A stretch of 64,000 nucleotides of DNA from Styela clava (Eukaryota): the NCBI RefSeq assembly GCF_964204865.1, contig NC_135263.1, positions 9,300,001 through 9,364,000 of the forward strand, given 5' to 3'. This document shows positions 37,228-52,200 of the stretch, in pieces (within the stretch, counting starts at the first letter, position 1; the number at the start of each line of letters is the position of its first letter). The notes under the pieces were generated by a model, which ran no database searches, was not told the DNA's origin, and saw nothing but the letters and a program-made list of their open reading frames with translations. Position numbers and translations under genes: made by a program.

Positions 37228-40200
37228 CTATAGATAGTTTTTACATTGTGAACAATTGTACTCGTCTTCAAAATTATGTTCACATTTCACTTAATACCAG
37301 AATGCAATGCCAAATATTAGTTTTCTCGACTCTGCACTACTACTTTAAATATGGTTTATTGTCTTTTTTTGAACGAAACAGCAAAAATCCACTAAGAAGT
37401 GAGTCGAAATATATTGTATGCAAATCCTTACCAGGATGAGCTGACTGCAGTGGTAGATCTTTTTTCTGAGATATTCCTTTCACACTTAGTTCTTGTCCTT
37501 AAAACGGTAATTGGACCAATAAAAACTAAAATTCTTTGTGAAAATTCTCAACTGAATTTTATTTTGTATTATAAATAAGTCAGGAAATCCTCATATTTTC
37601 ATAATATTGAAAATTGACGATATTAAAAATCTCACCTGTTAATGTTGGCGAGGGAGAATCTCTAACAGATTGTATCAAAGTATTCTTGTTATTGTTATTA
37701 TTGGAGCTTGAGATATTCATGAACTGACGTGATGAGAATGGCCCGCATTCTCTTGAGATTAAATGGGACGTATCATTTGACATACTCGATGGTGAGGCTA
37801 TTAAAATATGGTAATTGTGTTAATGTAATTTTGCAATCTAATTAGTCTAAACATAGCGTACTAAGACTATGAATATGTGATTATTACACCTATATTTATC
37901 AGGGTTGTTGCATATTTTGTACTTAAATTATTTTATTATGGTAGATAATATATTATCACATTATCTGTGTTAAAGTATTGTCTATATCTGATTAGAATCA
38001 GATTGGATTGGAAATAGATGCCGTTAATGTATATCAAATTTTAATGTATCATGAGCTTTATATAAGATTAAAAACATGAAATTGCATTTTAATTACCTTC
38101 TGAAATAGTTTGTGCGATTGGACTTGAATTGCAGTCAGTTTCGGCTGTCAAAGGACTGGATACTTGCTCACAACTAGAGAATTCATTACACAAATATTTC
38201 TGACTTTGAGGCAGTGATTCAGATTGTGGTTCAGATGTATCTCTCTCCATACCAATGACGCCCCGGATTGGTATACTCGGCGCTGATGCAATCCCGTCGT
38301 GTTTTTCGCCTATTAAGTGCAAAGTCATATGATAAAACCACCATCTGCTTGCATTTGAAGCCAGGTGATTCAGTTTAGGAATTTAAAAAGGTCTAGTTTG
38401 ATTAAAGGTTGTGTAATCAGGTAATGCCTCTTGCTCGTTTTGTGCAAGAGCCCATGTACCCACGTAGTCGCCAGGTGGCGCTGTTTAATTACGGTAATAC
38501 GTGACATTTTTGACCGGGTTATCAAAACGGTGTGTGTTCCAATTGTACTCATTATACTTATATTTTCGAACAATTTTTTGATATTACAATCGTAATCAGC
38601 TTTCACGACAGTTATATCAACAGCCAACGATATTTTTTGTCCTTCCTTTAAAAGAGATTATCAACAAAATAAAGATTCGAATGCAAACTATATTGGACTG
38701 AATAACAAAAGCGAAGCAATTTAATAGGTACTATATTTGTAGATCTGCACCTATTCAGTTCACTTTAGCCAATACAAAAGTAACGAAATACCAAGGTGGG
38801 AAATCTCATATAAATATCAATCGAATGATGGATTCAAAGGTCAAAATGTTGAACGTCAATATGTAAAATTTTCAATGCTGATAAAAACTCGAATTAGCAA
38901 GTTCTACTCTTAATCATACTTTTACGTTTTTATTTATTTGCTACTGATGTTATCTATAACACGTTCTTGGAAAAACATTATCAGAAATGCGCTTTGAGGT
39001 TGTACAAGAATTTTTGTTCTTCTATAAGCAGGCTTGTAAATAAATGCCATTGAAGCAAAATAAAATACGTGTTATAATTCAAGTTACTGCTGTAATTCAT
39101 ACAAATATTGATATCAAATCGTGACTTCGGCAGACGGAAACATGTTTTTGTGGGAGCTTAGACGGATATGATATTGTCTGTTTATATTATTCACCCAAAT
39201 AAGAGTTTCTTATTTATGTTATGACCCGCAGATAATTCCCGCACCCGATCGACGACGATTTCATTTTTTTATTAATATATTTACAATAGGGGGTATGCGA
39301 TATAAGAATTGTTTCGTTACCCATTAATTCATAGATTTTGTATGTAATATTTTACCCTTTTAGATTCGAAGAAGACTCAAAGCAAAAGTATCCTACGACT
39401 CTCCTACGATTGGTTGTAGGTCTGAGCAGACTGCATTCTAGATAACAGTCTTTAGTCGGTAGTTTTAAGAAAAATTTTATAAAAGTAGGAGAAGAATAAA
39501 GTTGAAACTTTATTATTTAGCATGATTACTTTGATATAATACTATTCGGTTCAAACATATCAACAAATGCGAAAAAAACAAGTATACTATGTCAAGAATT
39601 TCAGTGTTTATAGTTCATTTCACATTGATAATGACGACACCTAATTGTAACTGGTACCAAATATTTCCAAATTGAAAAACAATCTTTTATTTGATTGCCT
39701 CAGGCCTAGTCATTTACTTATATTGTATTTTGAGAAATTTCCGTAAATATAATGATTCTTAATTGTAATCGAACATTTGGATACTGACAAAATTGTCGAC
39801 AGAAGACCTGCCATACGATTGTATTATTTTAAGAGCCTGATATTGTTAACTACGTTGAGGTAACATCGAAAAATTTGAAATACTCGGAACCGCGTTTATT
39901 ATTCTTACTTTTTTACTTTATACCATTGTATATCATTGTTTAAATATTTATCGAAATTATTTTTAAATTTCTTTTCTGTGTGAAATTAAAAAGTATACGA
40001 GTAATCTGATTATCAAATCAATAAACGTAATCACATGGGCGCGCCGCTTCTGGCATAATAAATAAATACTCAACCGAAATAACCACATATATTATTTCGC
40101 AGAAGTCGAAGTATTTTTCTATAAATTAGTCTAGAAACAATTTAGAGCTTTTCATTGGTCAAATGGATGATAAATACAGTATTAATATCAACGAATAGGC

Positions 40201-43200
40201 AACACAGGAACATATCTAAGCTTATATCACGCACGAGGCTTGACATATAATAATTATTGAATATTAAAATCTAATTGTTTCCAAAAACAAATTCCATTGG
40301 TCGTGGAAACGAAAAATGGCGTATAAATGTCAAATCGCTACAAAATAGATTTTCAATGACGATTTCATTAGAAAGATGATGAAAGTCATCTAAATCTCAT
40401 GGACGAATGCTATTTATACTAGCGCAAGACTTGATGCAATATCGCGAAATATTTCTATAGCAGTTGAATAACTATTTCTTATTTCTAAGATATACTCTAT
40501 CTTGTAAGTTACTACAAAATCTTACTTTGCCTGTTGTCAATCTTTTGCTGCATTGTTATAAGTTGTTCTTGAAGCAGCTTTCTAACTTTCCGTTCTTTCT
40601 TCAGTCTTCGTTGCATCAGAACTGAGAATTACAATAACTGAACTGAAATATATTAAATATTGACCGATTTTGATAATATTCAAAGTCTTAAAAAGGTGAG
40701 AATCTGAATATATTTGGATTTATATCTGAATATCTGCTGTGATATGGCAAAAGTCCAATATATTTGTATTTGTACTATATGTCAAGTATTTATGCTGTTT
40801 TGCAGTTGTCTTATGGTGAAAATAAAGGTGGAAAAAACTTTGAAATAAATAAATATCCTTTTATCAAGTTATTACAATTTACCCCGAATTCGTTCGCTTT
40901 CTTCGAGTTTCTGTTCAACACTTCCTCTTATTTCTTTTTCGTGATTTATTCTGTTTTTCAGATCCGCTGTGTGAATAAAACGAGAAAATTTATTTCTCTT
41001 CTTGAAAGATTTTTGAGATTACAAAAACGTATTTGAATCTCTTTCAAACGTCCATTTTCGATTATGTAGCATAATTTGTTTCCACGTATATGTTTTGTTA
41101 GCTAATAATAAAAAGCCGGTAGCCATCAAAGTGAGCAAAGCATGGAAATTAAAAAAAAATAGTTACGAAATAGAGTGATTGATCAGAATAATAATGTCTC
41201 CTGCTAGTTTTATTGTGAGAATCAAGAGCATATTATGCAGTACTCTTACCCATTTCAAAAGAACTATGTTTCTCCTGCAACTTGGCATTGTCAGCAGCAA
41301 CCTTAAGTAATCCTTGAATATTTGTTAGCAATGTTTGCATCGATGATATGTTTCCTTGACTAGCAAGGACTTGCGTTATCCCAGTGGCGAGAAGTGAATT
41401 AGTGGTCTTTTTGGTATCGCTGTTGTTTTGAGTCACATCATCCACATCAAATCGTTCCTCCTGATTTTCATGGCGAGACGTAATACCTGCATCACTACCT
41501 TCCTTTTTCGTCGGAGAAGGAAAATCCTTTATCAACGATTCTTCGTTATCTGTATGTTGATAAAATGTGGAATATGAAGATTATGTGAAGAAATTCACTC
41601 AAACTTTTGGTGAGGAATTTGGTAAAACAACTCGCTTTCAATTTTTTATTTCCTAATCCGGTCACGAACACTCTTGAATAGATAAGAAGATTGTGCACCA
41701 CTTTAACAAGCAATAATCATGTGACCCGTCAACCAAGCTCTATTTCCCTATTTAGAAGACAATTAGGACTTACTGCGCTTATTATTCTAACATCTCAATG
41801 AGAATCGAAGATATTAGTACGTTCGTTACTTGTATATCTTATAAATTTGATAGATTTCCCACAAATAAATTGCAGTAACGAGCACAGCTGTGCGATCATT
41901 GACTCGTATTTCAAATTTCACAACATCACTCCGGCAATATAAGAATAGTAATAAACAGAAGAAACCACGATAGAAAGAAAAAAAACAATAAACTTTGCAG
42001 ATGAAGGTCGATACACCGAGGAAAAGATTAAAACACGCAGTGTCAGATTAAAGTATAGATCGTTGTTGACAAATTTTCATCTTGATTTCGGAGAAAATTA
42101 CGAAGCGTGAGAAACTCATTTTGAAACAGATATTTACAAGTTCCCAAATTTATGAGTACTAATGACCCTCAAACCCAATAACTTGACAGACAAACAAACG
42201 GAAAAGAACAACATTCTTAGCGAATATTTTCTCCAATCAAGTAACTAATCCACTTACGCTATTTTTAAGTATATGCTCAGCTAATTTGCGATCAGAGGCG
42301 CCGCATAAATAGTCGTATTTACCCATTACTGCGGTGGCATACCAACAAAACAACAAAGGGTACATTTAAAATCACAAGAATTTGAATTTATATATTGTTG
42401 TATAATTTTGCTTGTAAAATTTGAAGACGCCTAATCGAACTTAAACGCAAATGAACGCATGATCAATTGAGCTAGCGTGTGGCATGTTTTAGCATGGTAT
42501 TTATGAGGAAGCGTTGAAATTTAGTCATGCGGTCTAAGACACTCACCCCTTTCACCGCATGAGGTTTTAAGCGTGGTCATGTTGGCTCAAGATCGGATAA
42601 TTTTGTTTATGGAGAAATAGCACAAAACACATCACCAGATAATCAGTGCGAATACACCGCTGGCCATGGCATAAACAAACCTATATGGGATGTTGAAGTG
42701 AAAATGCCAAGTAGGAAGGGGATAGGATGAACGAGAAAATGATTGTTTCATACATTACCAGTGGTGCCAAATGTGCTATACAAGTTTATTATCTCACAGT
42801 GTGTAGAAACTTATCAGATGGGCTGTTTTTTGTTTTTTTTAAATACTTGTCGCAACAAACACTTTGAATAAATTTACCTTTGATATTTTTATCATTTACA
42901 TATAGTTTTATTTAGAATATTTATTTGTAGTGTGTACTTTGTTTTCGATAAAGGATCGAATTGCATTGATGTTCGAATCCCTGATTTTTTTTTTGTAATT
43001 CCGTCGAGAGATATAATCGCTCCTTATCAGCATATCGTCTCTCTTCGCTGCGTGCTCATAAGGATAAAAATGGACGCATTAGAACCCTCATTATTTTTCA
43101 AAATGCTATTATTCTCCCAACCTTAAAAATGGCTTATTTTCGAGAGTAAAGATTTTACTGCAAGAGAAACTTATTTTTCGTGTTTTTGCCTAAAATATTA

Positions 43201-46200
43201 ACCTTCAAAGAATTTTACTGAATCTCTGCTGTCTGAATTCCCAGATAAGCTTCCGTTGCTAAAATTTTCATCTTCAAGAGGAGAGCTTATACTGCTTACT
43301 GGCGATACTCGTCCTTCGCTATCAATACCATTCATGGAATCCGACTGAGCATTTTGAAATATACTGCTAGTGAATCTGTGTGAAATTAAAATCAATAACT
43401 GTAATTCATAAAATAGGTGAGAAAATAGACAATGTTTACAATTCCCAATCTGGGCCATACTAACGGTTGCATTCTTTCCTCTCGATTACTAGATATCGGT
43501 CCGTCTTTCTGAGATGCGCTTCTTGATCGATTTTCGTCTATAGGGGAATTTGACTTGGAGGTTCCAGTTGCAGCCAAAGATGCCTGAGCTGCAGACTGTG
43601 CAGCTGCTGCCACCTTGTCAACCAAATATTTGAAAATTTGTTGAGACGATGCGCTATGCTATACGATATGCTAAATTCTTCGATAAAGTTCTTCATATTT
43701 TTTTTTATTCATACATATTTTTTTATTTCTCTGTTTTTATATAACAAATACTGGATCAAGATATTTTATCGGTGTGTATTTTTATTCAAATTTATTACAT
43801 CTCGTGTTAAAGGTGTCAAAGTTTTTTACGGAATTAATAAAGACATAAACATATGATTGCTATATTATGGTGCTAAACATGTACGACCAATTTGCTAACA
43901 TGTTGATAAAATTTAATTGAGACAATAGGCATGTACCTGATATACTGCAGCAGCCTGTTGATGCCTAGTGCCGCCGTTTGCCGCTATTTGTGCCGCTGCT
44001 GCTGCGGCTGCACTCGTAACTGCGTTTCCATTGACATGACTTTGAGCAAACTTAAAAAATAATTTCATATTTAGAGTAATCGGTAGAATTCGAAAAAATA
44101 TTGAATAGAATATTTTAGGTCTCTCTTCTGAGATATTTATTGTAAATGAAGAAGGCATTCTTACTACTTCATCTTTTATATTACGTTTATATATATATAT
44201 ATAATAAGCAAGAAATATAAGTTGCAATTTATGTATTGGAAAATATGACATATTCAATTGCTATCCTACACAAAATAAGAAAGCTACATTTTTTGATCAT
44301 TGTACAACTATACCTGATTTATATGGTTCAGCATGCTAGGTGGTATCCCACCAGAAAACAATGCTGAATGTGACATCATCATGAGTGGAGCTAGAGCGGG
44401 ATTCATTCCGGCGGCTGCCACGGCTGCATGTGAGGTGTCCAATCCATTGTGTAATCCCGATGTTGCAACTTGTTGGTATTGCTGACGTAGTGCTTGTTGA
44501 GCCTAATACAGCAGAATATGAAATTTAGCTGTTATAAGGTCATAAACAGTCTGGCTTCTAAACTCTTTTTCTAGTAAATTCCCGAAGTAATAGTGAAATA
44601 AGTGGTATAGGTTTATCCAAAGGCTAACTATTAGTACTATGGTGATTATAAATTTTATAGGAATTGTAATTGTATTTGCGTTTTATGACCTACCTGCAAA
44701 TACAAATTTGTTGCATTTGGATGAATTTCATTTCCACCGGCCAGTGTGATATCTTTTCCCGGCACCAAGGAACTGTCTTTTGGTGGACTTCCGCTAACTG
44801 AAATGATTATATAGTATTGAAAATAACCAAATAGAACGTGATAAAGTGCAATTGAAACATTATTATTGGGCATGAAATAAATCTAAAAACGTTTTGTTAA
44901 ATTGTTGTTGTCAGTATTTTTGGTATTCTTCTTGTTGTTTTTGTTGTTGTTGTTGTTCTGAAAAATACACTTATATCTTTAAATACTGGAACAAATGCTT
45001 TTGTAGTTGAGAATTGTTGTTGTCGATAAAATGATAATATTTTTATTTATTTTAAAATATCTGTGGGTTCTATGAAATTTGTTTTTCACTTTGAAGTTTT
45101 TTTGATGACGTCATTTATCATAAATATATATGTAAATGTTCATTGAGTAAAAAATCCGCGAAGTTTTTTATATATAAACTATTTTTATGATTACTGAAAT
45201 AAAAAGTACGATTCAGATCTTTTCATGGTTTATTTGTGTTTCCTAATTATTTTATTTCAATATAATTACACGTATTTCACAACAGAATTAGACAATGTAA
45301 ACTAAGCATAAGTAGTTTGGGGACGGAACTTAGTGGTTTTAGACGTTAATCGCATTATAATATTTTCTTCGGTGGTAGCTATTTACAACAACTTAACAAG
45401 ATATAGATTTGAAAACAAAATAAATAAGCACAAACAAAAAAAAAATAAACTTCCACAAAAATATAAACCATGGAGTTTATTTTATAGCCTACCCGATTAA
45501 CACGTATTCCTTACCACTTGGTTATTACTTTCTCGTCGCGTTTATTCAGCGGTCACAAAATGACATAGCAATGGTTACATATTCAGTAAATAATTAGCTT
45601 TTTACGTCAGTATGAAGATATTGTACAAGATTACTGATTACACCTCGAAAGGACAGGCGAACCCCTGGTCGGCACTCGGCAACCAGCCAGTGACGCATAC
45701 AGTGTATGAGCAGCGAAGCGCTCAATCCTAGTGGAGCGTAACACTCCACGATAAAGGAACTTCCAAAATGAAGTTGAGACTATATTTTTAATTCCAAATC
45801 TTACTAGAAGATGATGAACAAATTTTGAAATTTTTTCATCAATTACAAAACTTAGTATTTCATCGAAAGTATCACACAAGTAACACCTGCATAATTTTCA
45901 GTAGCAGTACAAAAAGGGAATACACTTCAATACGAAAACTACACAAAAATCTTTGAAAAGAACATTTTTGCATATTTGCATAGTTTGGCCATTGCTCGAA
46001 AACTCATGTACATCACAAACATGATTCCCTTTTCAATATTTCGTATTGTTCTAAATAGGTTTATAAATAGACAAAAAATTAGGTAGTTCCGCCAGAATAT
46101 ATTGTGAATATGTTTCAGTGAGGTGATCATAAAGGGGTGAAAAATAAAGTCTCAAGCCAAAATATGACAATAATAGATCTGGCCTGATTAGGACACTCAC

Positions 46201-49200
46201 TGTAGGGTCGTTCCAGTGGATAGTTGCATAAATCTAACTGCTGGTCGACCTAATCACTAAAGGATTTTTGTTTTGCAAAACTCGACTGTAACATAATGTT
46301 TCGACGTTCGACCGATTAATTATGTAAAATCCTATTTTCGTTTACAAGTAATGTTGTCTGATGCCTGATTTGAATATATGTCATTTCTAATTTTCTCTTT
46401 GTAATTCAACCGCACAAGACAAGATTCGAAAATATAATTCAGTTCGAACTAATCATGAAGTCCGCTTCATTATTTCGACAACCCTTCGCCAGTTAAAACG
46501 TTGGAAGTACGGAACTTCTACAGAACGAACAAGATCATTGGCGTTCGCCCTTCTCTTTGAAAATTAGCGAAGCAAATTCTTATGGCGGGGCACACTCCCC
46601 ATGGAACAGATGCCACTATTCTTACCGACGTGCGATTGAAATTGTCAGGCGAAATAATACCTTATAATTCGTCACACCGTTCGACCGCGGAAGAAAACTC
46701 GCTACCAGCAGTATTATTATGACAGTATGTTCCCACCGAAAACGTACAAAGGGATTAGTGAAACCTGGTATGCCAAATGATTGCGGATTTGACTTTTATG
46801 CCTGCATCGCGGGGGAATTGAAACAGACGTGACGGAAAGCATATTTTACAGCAATCGCCGAGCGGTCGGTACAAGCATTAATGTCGGCACACGAATTTGA
46901 AATTATCAAGTTTGACATAAAACAAAATATAATCTGCGTAGTAAATGATATTTAAACTTTAATTTCGCTATATTCAATCATTATAGTAAGGGTATTTTTG
47001 TATATATTTGACTTGGTAAACTGAACACTTACCTTTGAGGTGAGCGCACATTAGGTCACCAGTTCGATTTGGAATAAAATTTTGTATTTTTAAATTTTTG
47101 AAAATATGTATATACATTTGTTTATAAACAGATTATAAATAAATTCCGAAACCCTGCAGAAAAGGCCGTCGGTTATGTTTATAAGTAGAGGTAATAGTAG
47201 GAGGGATATGCTGTCAAATGATAATATAAATCTAAGACGAATATAAAGACAGTGTTATTTCTTTTAAACTTATGTTTGAATCTTCACTTAGTAACTTCGA
47301 TTTCAGATCGCGGAATGGCACCAAATACTTACACGGATATCCAATTCCGATCACATTTGTCATTTTACACTAATATGTGAAACGATGATACGGTAATAAC
47401 TACAAATATGTTTTGGGTCAGAATCTGATATTATGAATTATGCTGTAATACTTTAGAATATTATATTCTATAAATATGTCGTTATTGAAGTAAACCTTCA
47501 AAAGCAATTTCTGATAGGTCAAAATGATGTAAAGGGGTCACCTTTATTGGCATTTGCTACAAAATTGTGTGTAACTATGTTATTTAATCTAAACGGAAAA
47601 AGATTTAACATATAACATGCGTAATGGAATTATTTTTTGAGTTGATCCTAAATATAAATGACTAATGTGAGTGTAATTATTTTACTGGAAATTTCCATTG
47701 AATTTTTTTTACATATTCATATAAAAAGTTTTACTTTTATTTAAAATATTTGTTCCCTTATACATTTGACATAAGTTTCATGCGTAATGCAACCTGAATA
47801 ATTCTCTTTATAAATCTGCAGTAAATAGATCTGCATTTAAAAGCTAAAATAACATTATGAACGAAATTGAATCTTGCACAGAAACATGAGCAGATAAATT
47901 AGTTCGGTGTGCAATTCGCGAAAAATGATTTTGTTGATTTTTGGTATCGATTGTCAGCTTGTTATGCGGAATACGAGATGACAATTTATTTGGTATCCAC
48001 CATATTTAGGTTTCCTGTCGACAACTTAAACAACATTGTTGTGAGGATATGTCAACTCCTCAACTTTCTCTTCTACATATTGTAAGTTCACTTATTGTAA
48101 CATATGCATTAAATGGAGTTCGTGGATTCAAATTTTATTTGAGCCTTGACTCCTTGACATTTTTCAACATATTTGCAGTCATAAGTCACAGGAAAAGTAC
48201 ATTTGTGCTTACAGTTTCTTGAATTGCATACATTAGTCATAATCGGGTTATTTGTGGTGAGATGATCACTAAGTGTCAGAATAATTTGAAATTGCAATCG
48301 TCAAACTAAAAATAAATTTTTGAACTGCAGTTACTTTGTGCATGTACTCGGAACTTCATATACATAGTTGAACAGGTTTGAGTTAAACATATTATCCACG
48401 TTTTTCCACATCATTAACAACGATTCTTCCTGTATATGACTAGCAGTGGAAACCTTGTTTAATATTCAATAACAGTGAAATAGTTGAGAACCATGTTCCG
48501 CATTACATTATTCAAAAGATTTCGTTATGGTCTAGTTAGGTAGCTTTTTAAAACGTCCACCGGCAGTTCAAAACAAAACAATGAAAATCCTTTATCCCAT
48601 AGCACAGTTTATTAGAATCACACATGGTATTTTAGAACAAAGCAGGAGGAAGTGATGTCACAGTAACTGATTCCCAACTGATACATCATGAGGAGTGAGC
48701 ACAACGTCGATTATACTTAAAGTTCAAACACTTGAAAGTATATTTGAACTACATATCAATACATCAAATATAACGTCCAAATAATTGAAACTTGATTTTT
48801 CTTCAGCTATGATTTCTTAAGAGTCCTTGTCGATAAAGGCCATTACTGATGATAGAATTGCTAGTTTACGGCTGATACCCTAATAAGACGACATCATATA
48901 AACTTGTTACTTCGTCGGAAAAAGGTACCATCGATATCGGCTGGGGCATAGCGTGAGTTGTGATGATACATCTTCACATTTTGAGTTTTAGGAAAATTCA
49001 ACGATTTCAATTTATGTTAATCTTTAATTATAAATGCCATTGTAAACAAACAACATTGTAACAAATTGATGTATGTGCCGTTCAAAGTTTTTTTCTTGTT
49101 TGATGTTCTATCATACTATACAACAGCATAACTACTTATAAATATATATAATATAAAAATATTTGAAGTTCTGACAGTAGTTTAATGTGTAAGTTATAGT

Positions 49201-52200
49201 TCACAGCTATGACCAAGTATCACTAACGCCTAGTCATGTTTTGATGAGCTTTTTACGCCATTGAATTGCTGATACTCGAAATCAACTGTAGGTGACCTGT
49301 ATACCTTTTTATTCTTTTTTGTGATGTGATCTTGTTTGAATTACGCTGTTTAAAGAGATTCGGGGTCGTGTCACCAAATGACGGTCACATCTGTTATTGT
49401 CAATATAACTACCTCAAAACGTGTAATAATCTTAATATTTAAATTCATTTAAATCAGCCATTGTTCATGAAAATGTGAGATGTCATAATAGTACATATCA
49501 CACGTTCAAGAAGAGGTGATTCATTACGTTACATATGAAAAAAAACGAGAGAATAACGTTGTCTTACCCCTTCTCTCGTGTTGCTGTTGTTGAAGATGTT
49601 TTTCAACATCCTGTTCCAATCTCATTCGTTTATGCAGATTACTGATGTCTGATGCCGTTAGCATGCCCTAAAAGGTAAAGTCCCGCGTGAAAGGTAATCA
49701 TTGTGTCTTCAATGCTATAACCATATTTAGTTTATTTATTATTTTGGAAATTATTACTTTCACTACTGTATCACAAAATTTCTTTTCATGTCTACATGAT
49801 TCACAATGATATCTTATGGAAAATTGTCACCATGTATAGGCTATTTGATCTAAAATACTGCAGCTTTTAGAGTAGCGCCAAACGTTTACTGATTACTTCA
49901 TGTCCGGAGAATTCTGGTCAAACTTCTGATAAGGGTAATCAAACAAACTTACGTGAGTGCTATTGAGAGATCTTATCCCAGGATGGTGTGCCATGAGATC
50001 GGTCGGTGGCAGCATCGGATAGCGCTTCGGAGGTCTGCCAGGCCGGCTGCAATAATACAATGGTTTTAGTATTGGTTTCAGAAATTAATTTAAATTAGCA
50101 AAAATTGTGTGCTAAATTGCTTTTGTGTCGAGTTAAAAATGTTGGTTTCGAAGTTCATATTTAAAATTGAGTTTAGGGAAAATGCTTTTATTGGTATTTT
50201 ATTTGTGGGTTTTAAACGAATGTGGGTAAACGATATCAATTAAATTTATATAATATAAAAATAAACAATAATCAATAGATTCGGGTGTTTGTAATACAAT
50301 CAAACAATTATCATTTGTAATTACGTTGCGTTTCTATCAAATAATTGTGCGTTGTATTTAGTTGTACAAATATCAATATGTTCTTTATAGAATATCAGAT
50401 GAATTGATCACTCAAATAATTTTCTGTAAGTTTTGAAGTTTTTGGCAATCTTTTCTTTTATGCCGTCTTTTTTGTCACATATCACTCGGTTGAATTCAAT
50501 TGAAACAACAATTATGATGAGATTGCTTCTTCTAATGCACATTTGAATTTTTGAAATGCTTAAAATCATACGCATAACCAAATGTACTGTCAATCTGAAG
50601 AAAATCATGGTCCATGGTTACGGAATTGTAATTTAATTAAATTATTTTGTCACCTTTCACAGAGTATAATCCAATAAATCAGCCATGAACTGTCACACTT
50701 GAACAATTACGTAAGTAAGACAGACATTTGTTTTGCCTTTTTTCATGGCGAGTTTGGAACATTTTGACAAGGTCGCCCCGAAGGTCTTCAATATTCACTA
50801 TCTCTCTATAATATTAAAGTCGACCCATTCATTACATTAGGGCTTATTACGGCTTCGCTCAAACGAATCAAAGTCAAAATCGCGCTAGTAAATCTGATTA
50901 AACTTCAAGACGGATCAAATTGAGAATGCATTCTGCCATGTTTTGTTTCGCAATTTAAAATATTACACGACATAGCAAGGTCTTCATCTATCTGGAGGTA
51001 TTAATATTTTTGCATTTAACAACGTAAAACATCACTTCCATTTTTACGTAATTCAAACTGGCAATTGTTACATGTTTGTGTGTTTTGACCTACCAGGGAA
51101 TATAGTAATGGTGAAAATGTAAATATCACACTTTTAGAGTGTGTGCGTATGTAAATATTCTCACGCAGTCGGTGCCGATCGGAATAAAACTTTTAGCAAG
51201 TGTTGAAATAATTTTATTTAAACTGGATTCATTTGTTAGTACTATATAGTACTAAAAGTAGCATGTATATTCGAATTATTGCTTTTTTCTCTCATAGTTG
51301 AACCTATTATTTTTCCGTATAAATTAGTCTTGGAAATTCACCACATAATTCTATTTATTTGCGTATGCTATTAGCTACATTGCATCAATGCGTGGTCTAA
51401 ACCAAATTAAAAGAAAAGGACCTGACAGAAACTACACGATTTTCCACTTTAAATGACGCTACTTGTGGGAAGTAACCCTAACTAGACGTCGCACCACCTT
51501 CAAACATTGGGACAAAATTTACGGAATGAGATTAATTAAACCTCAAATATGATTGTATATTTTTTAAGGTTGAAAGAGAGTTATTTTGATAAATCATAAT
51601 GGCGACCAATGTTCGGGTCTATCAAACATTTGAAAGATATCACATCCCCAAATCTGACAATTTAAGGATTCATAGAAGCATGCACTTGATGAAACCGATT
51701 CGGTATTTACTAAAGTTTTAAATTTGATTTGACCGTTGAAATAACTGACATTAGCCATCGTTCCATAGGCCATTTATCATTGAATATAGAGAACGTTACT
51801 ATAATGATAACCCAACTCCCTTTAAAAAAAGTCTTTTAAATACGGTTATGAATCTGGTTTGAAGGGTCGATGATTATAAAAACATCAGCGAAATTTCTGA
51901 TTCACTGACTGGATTTATGAACAGGCAGTTAAGCAATTCTTCATTAAATTATTTATATAAATATTACATTGATAACCAATTGAATTAGCATATAGTAATT
52001 ACATAGTACAAAAAAAAAAAAGCCAAATAATAAAATCTAATAAAATTAAGCCAAATGGACAATCGCTATAATATTACACAAAACTAAGTATACGTTTCTT
52101 CCCATTTCCCACAATAAATTTTAAAATAACGTAATTTGCTCAATTTTAGGCAAAACGCATATTTCTTAAAAATATTTGTTTTTATGAAATAGACATTTGG

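Noticed and set aside
42505-42600. tRNA gene or tRNA-derived SINE (GCGGTCTAAGACAC, A-box-like)
   Set aside because: No convincing B box or cloverleaf, and no second copy in the window.
45631-45665. Hammerhead ribozyme (CTGATTA...CGAA)
   Set aside because: The core deviates from CUGANGA/GAAA and stems I and III cannot be formed.
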